Shown: piece by piece, positions 53,101-64,000 of the stretch
Layout: each line of letters opens with the position of its first letter
Position numbering within the stretch: position 1 is the stretch's first letter
NCBI GenBank assembly: GCA_051362555.1
Contig: CM120645.1
Span: 7,378,001-7,442,000, forward strand
From: Lingula anatina
Lineage: Eukaryota > Animalia > Brachiopoda
Length of the DNA: 64,000 bases
Direction: 5' to 3'
Made by a program: the position numbers and the translations under genes
The notes under the pieces: model-generated
What the model was told of the DNA's origin: nothing
Seen by the model: the letters and a program-made list of their open reading frames with translations, nothing else
The model's database searches: none

Positions 53101-54571
53101 CCACTGATGAAGTGTTTAGAAAACAAGCAGAAAATATACCGGTAAGCAATACAATTTTTTATTTCTTTTAAAAAATGAAATGAAGCCTTTCTGCAAGAAA
53201 AAAATTATTATAGACAATTTCAATATGATACTTCTGGCCCCATAGCCAGCAATTTCAAAAGTAGACCTTTTGGCATGCAATCTTCGTTAACCTAGATAAA
53301 TTTTACCCAGCAGGAACCTTCTCCCAGCAAAAAAGGGAGTTCTTTTAAAACAAAAAGGATACACTTGCTCTGGTATATAGGTTACTTCCACTGGGCCTGT
53401 GATTGGGCTGGAGACATCGCTTTCCAATACTGAAAATAATTAAAAAGATACTTGTTACAGAGGAAACTGCATGACACTTCATGTCAATATTCTTGGAGAA
53501 AATTAGGTTAAAATGCAATCAAAACCAAATCAGATGACATTCTTGCTTGGGGGAGTAGTAATTGTCTTTGGATAGATAGTACATGCACCCTGCACATGCA
53601 AGCTTGTGTGTATGAGTGTGCGTATTGTGAAACCATTAATCTGCCTTTAGGATGTCAGTGGAGGGGGGGGGGGGGGTGCTTATAGAAAGAGTTTCCAGTA
53701 AACTTTTAAATTCTGATTGGCCTTGCAGCTAAGAGATGGTCAAATTTACAAAAACTGTAGACTAACATTGGCAGTGCATGTGGGCACAGTCTGCCGTGTG
53801 GCGGCAGTTCACTGCTCTATGAAAGGCCTCTAGGCCTATATCAAACAATATTGCGTGGATAAGTACAATTGAATACCTGAAGCATACAAATCAGTCTAGT
53901 CTGGGCCAGTCTGAACCTACCTTATAAAACGTAATATGTTTTCAAGCTTTGTGTAACTGCAAGCGCAAGGCATTGTTCCGTGCTGCCTTAGCACTTTGTA
54001 TTCAATACAACTATTATTTAACCGTCAAATTTTCATCGTGCACATGTTTACAACTATATTTTTCTATTCACTTCCCAGACTTCATCTTTCCGGTCAACTT
54101 ATCGTAGACTTTCATCTATACTCACGAAGAGATTATTCTAAATCAGTTAAACAATTAATCCAAAACTTTCTCTCATTTTGTATTGTTTGGTGATTGAATA
54201 CCCACGTGTTGTTGGTACATGCATACTGTATGTTATCGTGTTGTGAAAACTACTACTACTACATGTATCTTTATTAAAATGTAAAACATGTATCAAAAGA
54301 CTCCAAACTTACCAACTGAAACAAACTCGTTGTCATCAAGCACGGATTTAATTAGGTCAGCAGGATCGAGAATGGCCCCTCCTTGCGTTTTACGAACTTC
54401 AAATACTTTTTCAATCTCGGTCACATTTTTGTTGGAATCATGCTCAACTGTGCCGCTTTTGTTTCTCGTGTATCGACGGAGTGCCTCTTCACCTAGCCAA
54501 CCTATAGTTTCATTCCCCCTGCTGCATGGAACTGCAAACCACTCGCCCCTTACTCGCACTGAAAGCTTCAT
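40671..54571 (-). CDS. HAL: Histidine ammonia-lyase (histidase), 660 aa, 21 coding exons
   Basis: Exons (-): 54313-54571, 53363-53429, 52882-52909, 51590-51664, 51308-51380, 51002-51068, 50319-50482, 49857-49996, 49085-49132, 48728-48779, 48175-48270, 47790-47885, 47286-47344, 46802-46882, 46329-46394, 45963-46041, 45312-45398, 44830-44964, 44261-44369, 42800-42869, 40671-40802 = 1983 nt in frame. Contains the animal HAL N-terminal domain ([13 protein letters not shown]), [11 protein letters not shown]-type NLIRSH, the MIO motif [24 protein letters not shown] and EDHVSMG. Confidence 0.98.
41210..41715. mobile_element. Foldback / MITE-like element made of two related palindromes in the last HAL intron
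   Basis: Strong inverted repeat 41488-41572 / 41595-41680, a more degenerate palindrome at about 41250-41400, and weak terminal inversion (agatcgatct / agattgatct). Confidence 0.6.
44655..44825. repeat. Degenerate minisatellite, unit about 20-28 bp (tactataccacata...)
   Basis: Repeated tactatacca / ttaccctgta units in HAL intron 18. Confidence 0.7.
47536..47754. repeat. 12-bp minisatellite (consensus gaccttgggata), about 18 units
   Basis: Read directly. It lies in HAL intron 12 and explains three repetitive ORFs in the track. Confidence 0.92.
50029..50119. repeat. (GA)n microsatellite next to the acceptor of the HAL MIO exon
   Basis: Read directly; reads (TC)n on the HAL sense strand. Confidence 0.95.
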
Positions 54572-54760
54572 TCTCTCTTCTTGTGTTCTTGTTTTCTGTG
54601 TGTTGGGAAACTGCGCTTTTATTTTGAGCCCGTCAACACTCCCCAAGCCACGTGCTTATTTATGTTGTCGCGAAAGCGGCGTCACAATAGGCCAATCAGA
54701 AGCCCGAATTTCAGACACACCTTTTCTGCGTGTGTCTAATGCTGAGCACGGTATGTCGGT
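54572..54760. promoter_or_regulatory. Putative bidirectional promoter shared by HAL (-) and the TOM6-like gene (+)
   Basis: HAL ATG at 54571. Plus-strand donors GTATGT at 54751 and 54759. CACGTG at 54649-54654, CCAAT at 54692-54696, and locally CpG-rich sequence. Confidence 0.6.
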
Positions 54761-54950
54761 ATGTAAAAACTTTCTTATTTATGAAATTATTCTAAAGCAA
54801 ATACACCAATTCCTCGTCTTTGGACAGTAAAAAACGTAAAGAAGTTATCTAGTTCAAAGTATTGATGATTAGTTTTGCATTTCGTGTGAATTATCATTCT
54901 TGCTTTTCTATACATCCAGAGGCACATCCGCTTTGAAGCTATCAGAGAGC

Positions 54951-56597
54951 ATGGCAGGCAGAGTAAAGAATACAATATCTTTCGTGAAAAGCATATATAA
55001 AGATGACTTTAGATGGTATGTAACAAAAATATTTTTCACCAGTGTTTGGTCATTTTGAGCCTGGTAGATTTTTTTACTTAAATCTGTACAGAAAATTGTA
55101 TATGATGGCATATAATAATACATTGCATAATTTACATTATGGCTTGATCATGGCATAGGCGACACACAAATCGAAACATGATTTATTTTAGCAGGGATTA
55201 AGTGGCATATAAACTTAAGGGCAAAAAGTTCAATATAAAGGATAATTTGTCAGGTTAAAATCCGTTCTTATTATCCAAATGATCAAATGATGGCCAAGAA
55301 AGGTAAGGTCGTTGATGTAGTTGTTCTCCTACTGTAACTTTGCCCCTCTTTGGGTTGGTTTCTGGTTGAAGTTGGTCTGGCAGCACCCTGAGCTTCACAG
55401 ATAACTTGACACTAACCTCTTCACAATAGCCTATCTTCATCGTGTCAAGTTACCTCTGACGAAAATAGTTTGACCTAGTTTATATAAGCCAATCGAATCC
55501 AAGTTTCAAAATTTTTCACCAAACTTTGGTGAAAACGCTGATTGGTTGACCGTCAATCGGTAATCCTCGGCTGATTCCGCAAGCTCCATACTAACAACAA
55601 AGTTATTGTCGAGTGCGGAGACATCCGAGTAGTGCCGAGTGCATAACCGTACACAAAGAAAGCATGGCGTCTTCTACGAGTGACTACGTAAAATAATGTG
55701 TTATCTCTTGATTCTTTGCAAAATATGAGTATATCGGAATTGAAACCAGAGCAGTTTGAGGCCCTGCATCATTATCTACTGAGGGATGATGTATTTTGCG
55801 TGCTGCCCACAGGTTACGGCAAGTCCCTGATATTGAGCCTTATCTCTGATTGGTCCGGATTTGAACAAAGCGCGCTTTGACTCGTTTGCGTTCATTGGCT
55901 AGATCGTTCAATGAGTCATTGAGTGCGGGCTTTAAATTTGATTGGCGGGCGGCGGGGGCAATTGAATGTGGTCAGAGGTAACTTGACACGATGAAGATAG
56001 GCTATTGTGAAGAGGTTAGTGTCAAATTATCTCTGAAGCTCAGGGTGTCTGGCAGTGAACATGCCTCAACATTAAATAAAGGTCTCAAAAGAGGAAAATT
56101 GACCAAATTGTGGATTTAAAAGGTACTAGTGCCTGTGATGTAATTATTATTGGATGGTGTAATTAGTATGAACAGTCTTCAACAGGAAAATTGCACAAAA
56201 TTCATGCAGTGCTACACATGTAACAGTGTACATATAAAAAATCTCCAGTATGAGAGCTAACGCGTGAATATTGTGCTGCTAGGAATTGACTGACCATGAG
56301 TACCTGATCTTGCATAAGTTGAAGCATTGTTTTACTTCATTGTAAGTCCAGCAAAATTTATTTTTTTCCTCTCACTGTATTTGATAACACACTTTTGGAT
56401 GGATCTGTCACCAGGACATTCACTCTCTCTTTAAATTAATACTCGGTACATACTGTAACCAGTATGAATTATCAGTTTTTTCTTCCTTTTACAGGTCAAT
56501 AGTGAAGAGTGCAGTAGTATTTCTGGGTGGAGTTTTACTAATCCAGACCATTGCTAATTTGGAACCAGAGCCATTACCAGCAGCTCCCCAAGCTTAG
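54951..56597 (+). CDS. TOM6-like mitochondrial import microprotein (55 aa), two coding exons plus UTR exons
   Basis: Exon 54920-55015 (ATG at 54951, agcATGG) spliced in phase 2 to exon 56495-56602 gives MAGRVKNTISFVKSIYKDDFRWSIVKSAVVFLGGVLLIQTIANLEPEPLPAAPQA*. It resembles TOM6 (DFR, then one TM helix with FxxGV, then an APQ tail). 3' UTR exon from 56876 with AATAAA at 57189-57194. Confidence 0.8.
55384..56047 (+). mobile_element. Non-autonomous TIR transposon with a RecQ-helicase 5' fragment (AcademH-like)
   Basis: 77-bp TIRs (55384-55460 / 55971-56047, 2 mismatches) and a perfect flanking duplication tctggcag (55376-55383 / 56048-56055). Internal LKPEQFEAL...DVFCVLPTGYGKSLI matches the RecQ Q-motif region and Walker A. 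Confidence 0.85.
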
Positions 56598-57228
56598 ACC
56601 AGGTAAATTATACTACAAGGTTATGTATTGTTTTATTTAATATTGTATGGAAAACTATTAGAACTAAGATGACACAATGATAATGGTTCTGGAACTTCTT
56701 TACCTTAACAGAAGTGTTGTTTTATTTAAAACAGGGGTGACATACATAGCAGTACTAAAAATTAATAATTTACTATAAAGTTCTTATATAAGAAATGATT
56801 GAAGTTTTAACAGTGACATGAAAAAAAGACATTTGATTTAAAAAAAGTTTCATTCACCTTCCTTTGATATTTCAGGCAAGGATATTTATGCAATGGAAAT
56901 ATCACAGTTAAAAGGAAATTGAAACCTCAGGGATACATCTGGCATGACAAAAATATGAATGATAAAAGACTTGAGACATTTTGCAGTGGTTTTAAGACAC
57001 TGAACCCAGAGATGGAGGTTTCAAGTGCTGTGATTGGAAAGAGACAGCTATCTAAATACTAAATTTGGATAAAACCAGCACTTGGACTTTGGAATAGACT
57101 TGAGATGTATTGGGGAAAAATAATTTTAATGTAAAAAATTACATAAACAATACATATACATTTGTGTGGTGTAACATGTTTATATACGAATAAAGGTATG
57201 TTCTAAATCTGAAATGCACTGCTCATGG

Positions 57229-58405
57229 TTTTAGTCCCAACCCGTCTCGTACAGCTCCGCCGGCTCCTGCGGCTCCGCAGTCGGGCGCCGGAAACAAGTC
57301 ACCGTTACCGCTTCTCCTCCTAGACCGCCAGGACCTGTGTCCCCATCTCTTGGATTTAGTTCACATATGATCTCAACTTGAACACCCTGGTTTTTTTGTC
57401 TCTGTCGGTGCATTGGCCTGGGCGTGACACTTGTTGAAACGCACCCTTGTCAAAATTTTTGAAAATTCAAGGCTAAATATCTCCCAAACCAAAGGAATTA
57501 TGGGAAAAATTACCACAGAAGCCTGACCGAAAGTCATATCTGGAGATTCCAAATATGCCCTTAGATTTGACTTTTGACCTTTTTTTCAAGGTCAAACAAG
57601 CCAAAATTTTCTAAAAATGGGAATTTTCTGCAAAAAAATATTTGTTTGTGCTATTTTTTGGAAACTACACAGATCTAAGCTCTCCTGTTATAGTGAGGGG
57701 TTACAATTGGGGACTCCTTTCATCTTTGGGAGTTTGGGGTCAATCGGTGCATTTTCACGGGAGAAGCAGCCATTAGATACCGAAACTGAAAACTTGCTTT
57801 TATTCTGGAATGGTAAATGCCAGAGACCTTTTGTTCCTTGCGTTTTGTAAAACTTGTCAAGTGCAATACTGGAGGTGGTGTCCATTTTTTTGTTTTAGAT
57901 ATGGTTTAGGCATTGCGCTATATCAAAAATTACAACATCGCAATATTCAGTGGGGAAAATGTTAAATATTCCAAAATTACCAGAGATATGCCCATAGTTA
58001 CTATTGAACTTGAATAGGAAGTCATATACTGGTAATCTAACTGTGACCTTGAAATTGACCTTTGACCTACTTTTCATGATGAACTGCACTTTGAAGTTTT
58101 CTGATCTTTATATCTCCAAAACTGGCAAAGATACGCCGATAGTTACTATTGAACTTGAATAGGAAGTTATATACAAGTAATCTAACTGTGACCTTTAAAT
58201 TGACCTTTGACCTACTTTTCACCATGAACTGAACTTTGCAAATTTTCTAGCCCTTATATCTCCAAAACTGGCAGAGATACACCCATAGTTACTCATGAAC
58301 TTTAATAGGAAGTTATATACTGGTAATCTAACTGTGACCTTTAAATTGACCTTTGACCTACTTTTCACCATGAACTGAACTTTGCAAATTTTACATCCCT
58401 TATAT
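57229..58405. mobile_element. Probable Helentron-associated (HINE-like) element with an internal tandem array
   Basis: Starts in a T-run with a GC-rich palindromic head and has tgacctttgacct motifs. Ends in about three tandem copies of a roughly 145-bp unit (57981-58405). I could not identify a 3' hairpin, so the class is tentative. Confidence 0.5.
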
Positions 58406-58819
58406 TTTTGATATGGTATTGTTTATATTGGGTATTTCATTAAAAAACAGTGAAATATGGCACATTTAGATATATAAATCAAGTTGTGGTTAAAGCTACC
58501 ATAACTGTTACAAAGTTTTAGCTACCATAACTAAATATTCGCAATTTTTAATGGAGTTGAGGATTTTATGTAAAAAGGATTTCAGCTTGACATTTGGGCA
58601 TTTAAAAAGGAAGGGTGTTGAAAACATGTTAGAATCAATTATTATTCTCGTGACATAATAATGACGGATGATTTTAAACGTATTTATTTATAAAAATGGC
58701 TTGATTGTATGTCTTATTAAATGCATAACCGATTTCTGTGAAGAGTCTAAGAGAATTGTGAATTCGTCTTGTCTTGAGATATATCGGTACACATTTTGTT
58801 TTGTTTTTAAGACGGACTC

Positions 58820-61053
58820 ATGATGTCCGAGAGCGAAGAGTGGGAACTTGAAGAGGTAAATCATAAGTACTAAGTGTGTTGTGGGATTTACAGGTGTTGT
58901 TTTTATGTCAGAGAAAAAGTTCCAATTTTTTTCTATATCGCGACAATTCGGTTTTTAAATACCCCAAACAGATTCATCTTAAAGAAACAGCTTCTGTCAG
59001 TCGTCAAATTTGTTGACTGCAGGCTGCAGCCCAGTACATTGAGAACAGGAACCAATCCTTTTTTTTTTAAAGTTAGATATTAGGAACTAGACATTATTGC
59101 TTCGTCCGCCATTTTATTAAAAATAAATAAAACCTAAAACTTCTTCTTTATTTGCTTTTTTATTTTTTATTTTTATTTTATTTTATTATTATTTTTTTGT
59201 TTTGTTTTTATTTTTTAGGAAGCTGTTGTAGTTGTTGAGCTGTCGGGGATAATAGACAATGACACTGTCACAAAAAAAGGCACCAAATACAAAATATTGG
59301 TATGTAAAATTATAGTGCCTGTATGTGTAAATCTGCATTTGAATTCTATACATAAAAATTTGCTAGAAATTCACGGCTTTTTGATGTCTACAGCTTTGCT
59401 CTTCTTAAGAAGACTTTGCACTGCATGTTGCAATCTCTCTCGGAGGTTTCTGAACCTAAATAAGGATATTTTAGTGAACGCAGGTTTTAAGGTATCACAC
59501 TCTAAGGGTTGGTAAGAATCAAAATCTGATTGTTCAGACTCTGATCATGTTAGAATACAACATGTGGTAATGGTATATTGATAAAGTAAATAAAACACAA
59601 TAAATATGGAGAAGGACATGCTGTTGTTAGAGGGAGGAGATCAAGATACCGAAATGAAAAATAACATAACAAAATAGGATATTTGAATTGAGATCAAAAT
59701 CGAGTAGTAATGGCTAATTATTAATAATGTTTATATTTTTATTGTCTATCCAGGGTGCAGAGACAGAACAGCCAGTGATGCAGGTGGACCGCTATATATT
59801 TGTAGGTGAATATGAAGACACAGTAGGTGCTGCTATCATCATGGAGCCAGAACCAACAGGTGAGTGCATTTATAAAGTAATTAAATTTTGTGCTTGTGCA
59901 TGATTGTTTTTGATGAAGAACCAGGGTGTATTTGGTTAATAAGTTAATGAAAAAAATAGTTGATTTCACAGAAGAAAAGGGCACCATATTTTATAGTTTT
60001 TTTTTTTTTTAATAAAACATCATAAAAAAATCAATCAACTGGTCATATTTAGTAGACTGAAAATCTTTTCAGTTTTGTGAAAGTGAATTTCAGTTGCAAG
60101 TTGGGGATAAATCAAATGTTGTAGTGTACTAGTAATTATGACTGTTACATGACTATTAACAACATTTTTGTCTTGTTTTACCCAATCATATGATGCTTGT
60201 TGTTATCTTCAGAGAGTGATCAAAGCAAACTGAAGTATAAGTGCCATACATTAAAGAAGTTGTCTATGCAGAGAGCTTTCTTAGAAGCAAAAGATGTTGA
60301 AAAACTTGCAGGTGAGGAAATATGAAGTAATTTTCAGAGATGAAACTCTCTGCAAAGGTCTGGTTGGAAAATATAGCGTGGGGTTCAGAGGGCTACCTAG
60401 GCCAGTGATATTTTTGGCTCCCAAAAAGTCGGAAATCTGCTGATAGTTGGAAATTATTGCCTCCCCGAATTTTGTGTGACCAGTGAGCACAATGTATTGA
60501 CTGTCTCCCAATGTGAATAAAAACTACCAAACAAGAGTAATTAATAGGTTTTACTCTACCTAGTTGAGTAGCATTTCCTAAAGAAAGGTTTTATAGATGC
60601 TTGTCAGTTGTGTAGATATCCCTTTTATATTGCTATTTTAAAGATTTCTTTTGTTAAGATGCTACAGTCAATAAATGCAAGAAAATATGCAACAAAATTT
60701 GAGTCTCTTTTCAATGACAAAAATTAATAATTTTCATAAACCATGGGATAGTTAATGAATAGTTAGTTAATCCTCTTCGTTCCCAGTAGAACACAGGGTG
60801 CCCACCAGAACTCTCCAACAGGTCCTTGTTACAGTTAATGAATGTTCAAGATAAATGGGACTCTCTTCCTATTTTAATTACCAGTCTTAGCTTTTAGCCA
60901 TTCATAATCAAAGCATGTAACTTTGTAACTTTTTAATTTTTCTCTCTCACAGGCCAATCAACTGATGGTGCAGAGCAAGTAAGTGAGGGTGCTGTACATG
61001 AGGGTGGAGAGGTGATGATGGAGGGAGCTGAAACTGAAGATATGAACCAATGA
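58820..61053 (+). CDS. GTF3C6: General transcription factor IIIC subunit 6 (TFIIIC35), 140 aa, 5 exons
   Basis: Exons 58820-58855, 59219-59299, 59754-59859, 60213-60311, 60953-61053 = 423 nt. Translation EEEAVVVVELSGIID...ILGAETEQPVMQVDRYIFVGEYEDTVG...LKYKCHTLKKLSMQR matches known GTF3C6 motifs. Confidence 0.92.
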
Positions 61054-63122
61054 AAAGCCCGCATTGCCATCAGGTGGTAAAAAAAAGATCAAACAGCAGG
61101 AAGTAGTGCTCTCCTTGCTGCGGAGAAAGGGTGGTACCCTGGGTGGGCTTTAAGCCAGCTAAAGGGATGGAGCACATGATAGGTGTCCATGCATGGTCAA
61201 AGGCAAGAGAAATTGGACCAAGCTTGAAGTATAGCATGTCAATAGCCTGTTATTTGCTGTAGGCTGAAACAAGGCAGTTAATCCTGCTTTCCAAAACATT
61301 GCAGGTGGTGGTGTTTTTTTTGTATGGAAACAAAGCACATAAGCTGCATTGGACACAAAAACATAGCCCTAGTTGAGTTTGCAACACCAGATTTGATGCC
61401 CTTTTATTAGTGAAAACAACAAGAGTTGGTAAATCTTGTCAGAGATTTATGGTAACATGCTTTAGTTTGGTTGGTTGATAGTGTGAAGTTATAGAATTTT
61501 ACTTCTGGTTATCATCAAGTACATGATGTTGTCATAAATCTATAGGAAGTTATTTGAGAAGGGGGTTTGTCAGAACTTTCCCAGCCCTTCTCATATGTCA
61601 AAGAATTATAGAATTGATACCAAAGAAGTAGAGTCAGTAAGTGGAGAAGACAATATTATGTTTATCATGATAACTTCTAGTTTTTAATTGGAGGCTGTTA
61701 CAAACCGAAATTTGAAGAAAATCTTTGTGATTTTGAATTACAATTTTTAATTGGTGAAACAGAAGTAGATGACATCACATACCCAAGGCTGTCATTTAAA
61801 AGCACCCTGAGGTGTTCAAAGATTTCACTTTTAAATATATGTATTTTCATCCCTTCTGTTAACGATGCAGTTGTATCATTTTGACCATTTTGAATTTTTT
61901 AAAGATTAATCAATTTGAAATTCAAATGTTGAGATATCTGAATAGAATGCATTTTACAATAAAAAAGAATGTTTTGTTACTATGTTATGTTGCTTTATTT
62001 TCTCAATTTAATTTGCAAGGACAATTAAAACATTTTTCATGTGAAAACATCCAGTCACAAGACCTCAACAAAGTCAATTTTACCAAGGATATTTTGAAAA
62101 ACATTTCTTGGATTTCACTGAAATATCAATTTGACACTTAATCTGCTTACATATATAAATGTGAAGAGAACTTTGCCTTCAAGTATTTCTACAACAGCTG
62201 CCAGCTGAAATGGATTTCACATGGTAATAGATCTGACTAATAAAGAATAGTGAAGCAAACCCAGAAGCTTACAAGTACTTGCATTTTGCTCAAGGTTATC
62301 ATGAGCCTAGTCCACTAGCAAATACATTTTACAATTATGTCATATGGATAATTGTGGAAACCAAATGGAGCAATCTTAAATTGTTTGAATAATTAGTTTG
62401 TGATATTCTAAAAGAAAACGAAGTAATATCATCACCAATTGTTTAAAATCTTAATAGTTAGTGCAATAATATAAAGGAAAACTGAAAGTTTCTCCAGCTA
62501 GGTGTTTCACCTAATTCTAGCAATTAACTATCAGTTGCTTTTAAGCAGTAGAGTTTATCATGCAATTTTCTAGTAAATTTAATTCTGAGACAGTACAGAA
62601 ATTTAAAATAAAAATCACATTTTTTTCAACCTGTAGAAATTTTTTTTTTTGAGCAGTGACAAAAATATCACATGCTTGCAGGTGCCTTAAGCAGTAGTTT
62701 GTTGTATCAATATTTGGATACGAAATACACATTGATTGACATTGTGGTTTAGAGTATAATAAATACATCAACAAGTAGTAATGAAATCTCACAACTGTAA
62801 ATTATGAACAGTCCAGTTTTTATACACCAAAGCTTTCATATTGCACATATCAATATATAAAATTAACTAAATTTGTGTTAATAGCTTGTAGATATGTAAT
62901 CTTTTTGCTGGAATGAAAGATACTTTGATGTTTAAAAAGCAAACAAATTAAAATATATGAACCTAGATTTATAAACCAAAAGCTCCACCTTCAATGGCAA
63001 TATGCCATTTTTTTATATACCGTACCCTAAAATGCTAAATCCAAATAGAAGCTGAATATCAATTAAGTACATGAAAGACCATGTGATTATTATGTTAAAA
63101 AAGATCCATCTTGTTCCTCAGT

Positions 63123-64000
63123 TCATCCTCTGCGATTCCTCAGTCTTGGTACGTAAGAATTTGTCGTCTGCAGGGCCACAATGAGAGCAAGCCACAGAGG
63201 ACACATAAAACAGACGTACCAAGCACTTCCTGTGACATTGGAAGTGAACCAATTAGAAAGCATGCCCAACATGAGGCTGACAGAAACCATCAGGTACAAT
63301 ATAACACCAGAGGTGGCGTGAAGCAACTTCTGTTGAAAGAGGGACATGTAAGGCCTCAGGATGTCGGGGAACCATACAAACTCTACCATCCCGATCAGGA
63401 TCTGCATCACCAGGTAACCCACTGTTATAATACCTAAGAATCCGTGCCAGGAGGTAAAGTGAAGCTTGTTGTGCAAGATCTTGTTGTACACAATAACAGA
63501 AACGCCAGTGGCTGCACACACGCCGCAGAGGATTTGAAGGATTTTGTGGACCATGACTTTAGTCTTGTGCTCTGCTTTTGACAACATTGAACTTTCCGGT
63601 GAGAAAGCCAGGATGGCTTCCACCATCAGGAAGGTGAACTGGAAATACAGAATGATTCAAAGTCAGAACAAAAATGATATAAAAAATTAGCATATTAACT
63701 TGGGCATGATGCAGTCTGATAACCCTGGCCTAGATCTTATTTTAGTCTTTACTACTATGTTTATCGGCCACAGTTATGTATTTATTTTAAGGCTAACTTG
63801 ATTTATAATATGTAGAGATCTTTTTCAAAACAACTGAATATACAAAATGTTCAAGGTTGAGATGAAGCAGAGGAATTTTTAAATCTATGGGTCAGTCAAG
63901 TGATGTGATTCAGTTTTCTTTAACTTAATCAGATTTCATTTTCATATCTGACCAACTGTATTTGACAAATGAAATAAGTTCAAAATTATTACTCACCGCT
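63123..64000 (-). CDS. CYB561D2: Cytochrome b561 domain-containing protein (CYB561D2-like), terminal exon; 5' part lies outside the window
   Basis: Exon 63123-63638 (-) reads FTFLMVEAILAFSPESS...HKILQ...KLHFTSWHGFLG...LLHATSG, with heme-ligand histidines and TM helices. The preceding exon ends at 63997 (donor GTGAGT). Confidence 0.88.

Noticed and set aside
54288-54830. 180-aa plus-strand ORF, and a TTG-started N-terminal extension of HAL (to 54646)
   Set aside because: The first is antisense to HAL exon 1 with no homology. HAL similarity begins at the ATG at 54571, so the extension is unsupported.
55698-55880. A host RecQ helicase gene
   Set aside because: Only a frameshifted N-terminal fragment is present, enclosed in TIRs, with no downstream helicase motifs or exons.
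57981-58405. CRISPR-like repeat array
   Set aside because: The units repeat in full with no unique spacers, there are no cas genes, and the context is eukaryotic.
63111-63519. Two additional ORFs over the CYB561D2-like exon
   Set aside because: They are antisense and alternate-frame shadows of the real coding exon.

Overview
AT-rich, intron-rich animal genomic DNA, probably from a marine invertebrate (lophotrochozoan-like; the species cannot be determined from sequence alone). I spliced all gene models by hand from GT-AG boundaries. In order the window holds: (1) the 3' end of the mitochondrial phosphate carrier SLC25A3 (+, 1-900). (2) Four 10-exon zinc-dependent medium-chain alcohol dehydrogenase genes in tandem (- strand): three recent 375-aa paralogs and one older 370-aa paralog, all of a bacterial-like subfamily; the duplication also copied the last SLC25A3 exon. 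(3) A complete 21-exon histidine ammonia-lyase, HAL (-, 660 aa), ending in an NLS-like tail. (4) Head-to-head with HAL, a 55-aa TOM6-like microprotein gene that the ORF track misses; its intron carries a young TIR element with a RecQ helicase fragment (AcademH-like). (5) GTF3C6 (+). (6) The 3' end of a CYB561D2-like gene (-). Introns contain nested DNA transposons, MITEs, a long foldback and mini/microsatellites. I saw no RNA genes or CRISPR arrays. The best leads are the TOM6-like gene, the RecQ-bearing transposon, active-site divergence among the ADH paralogs and the HAL NLS-like tail.
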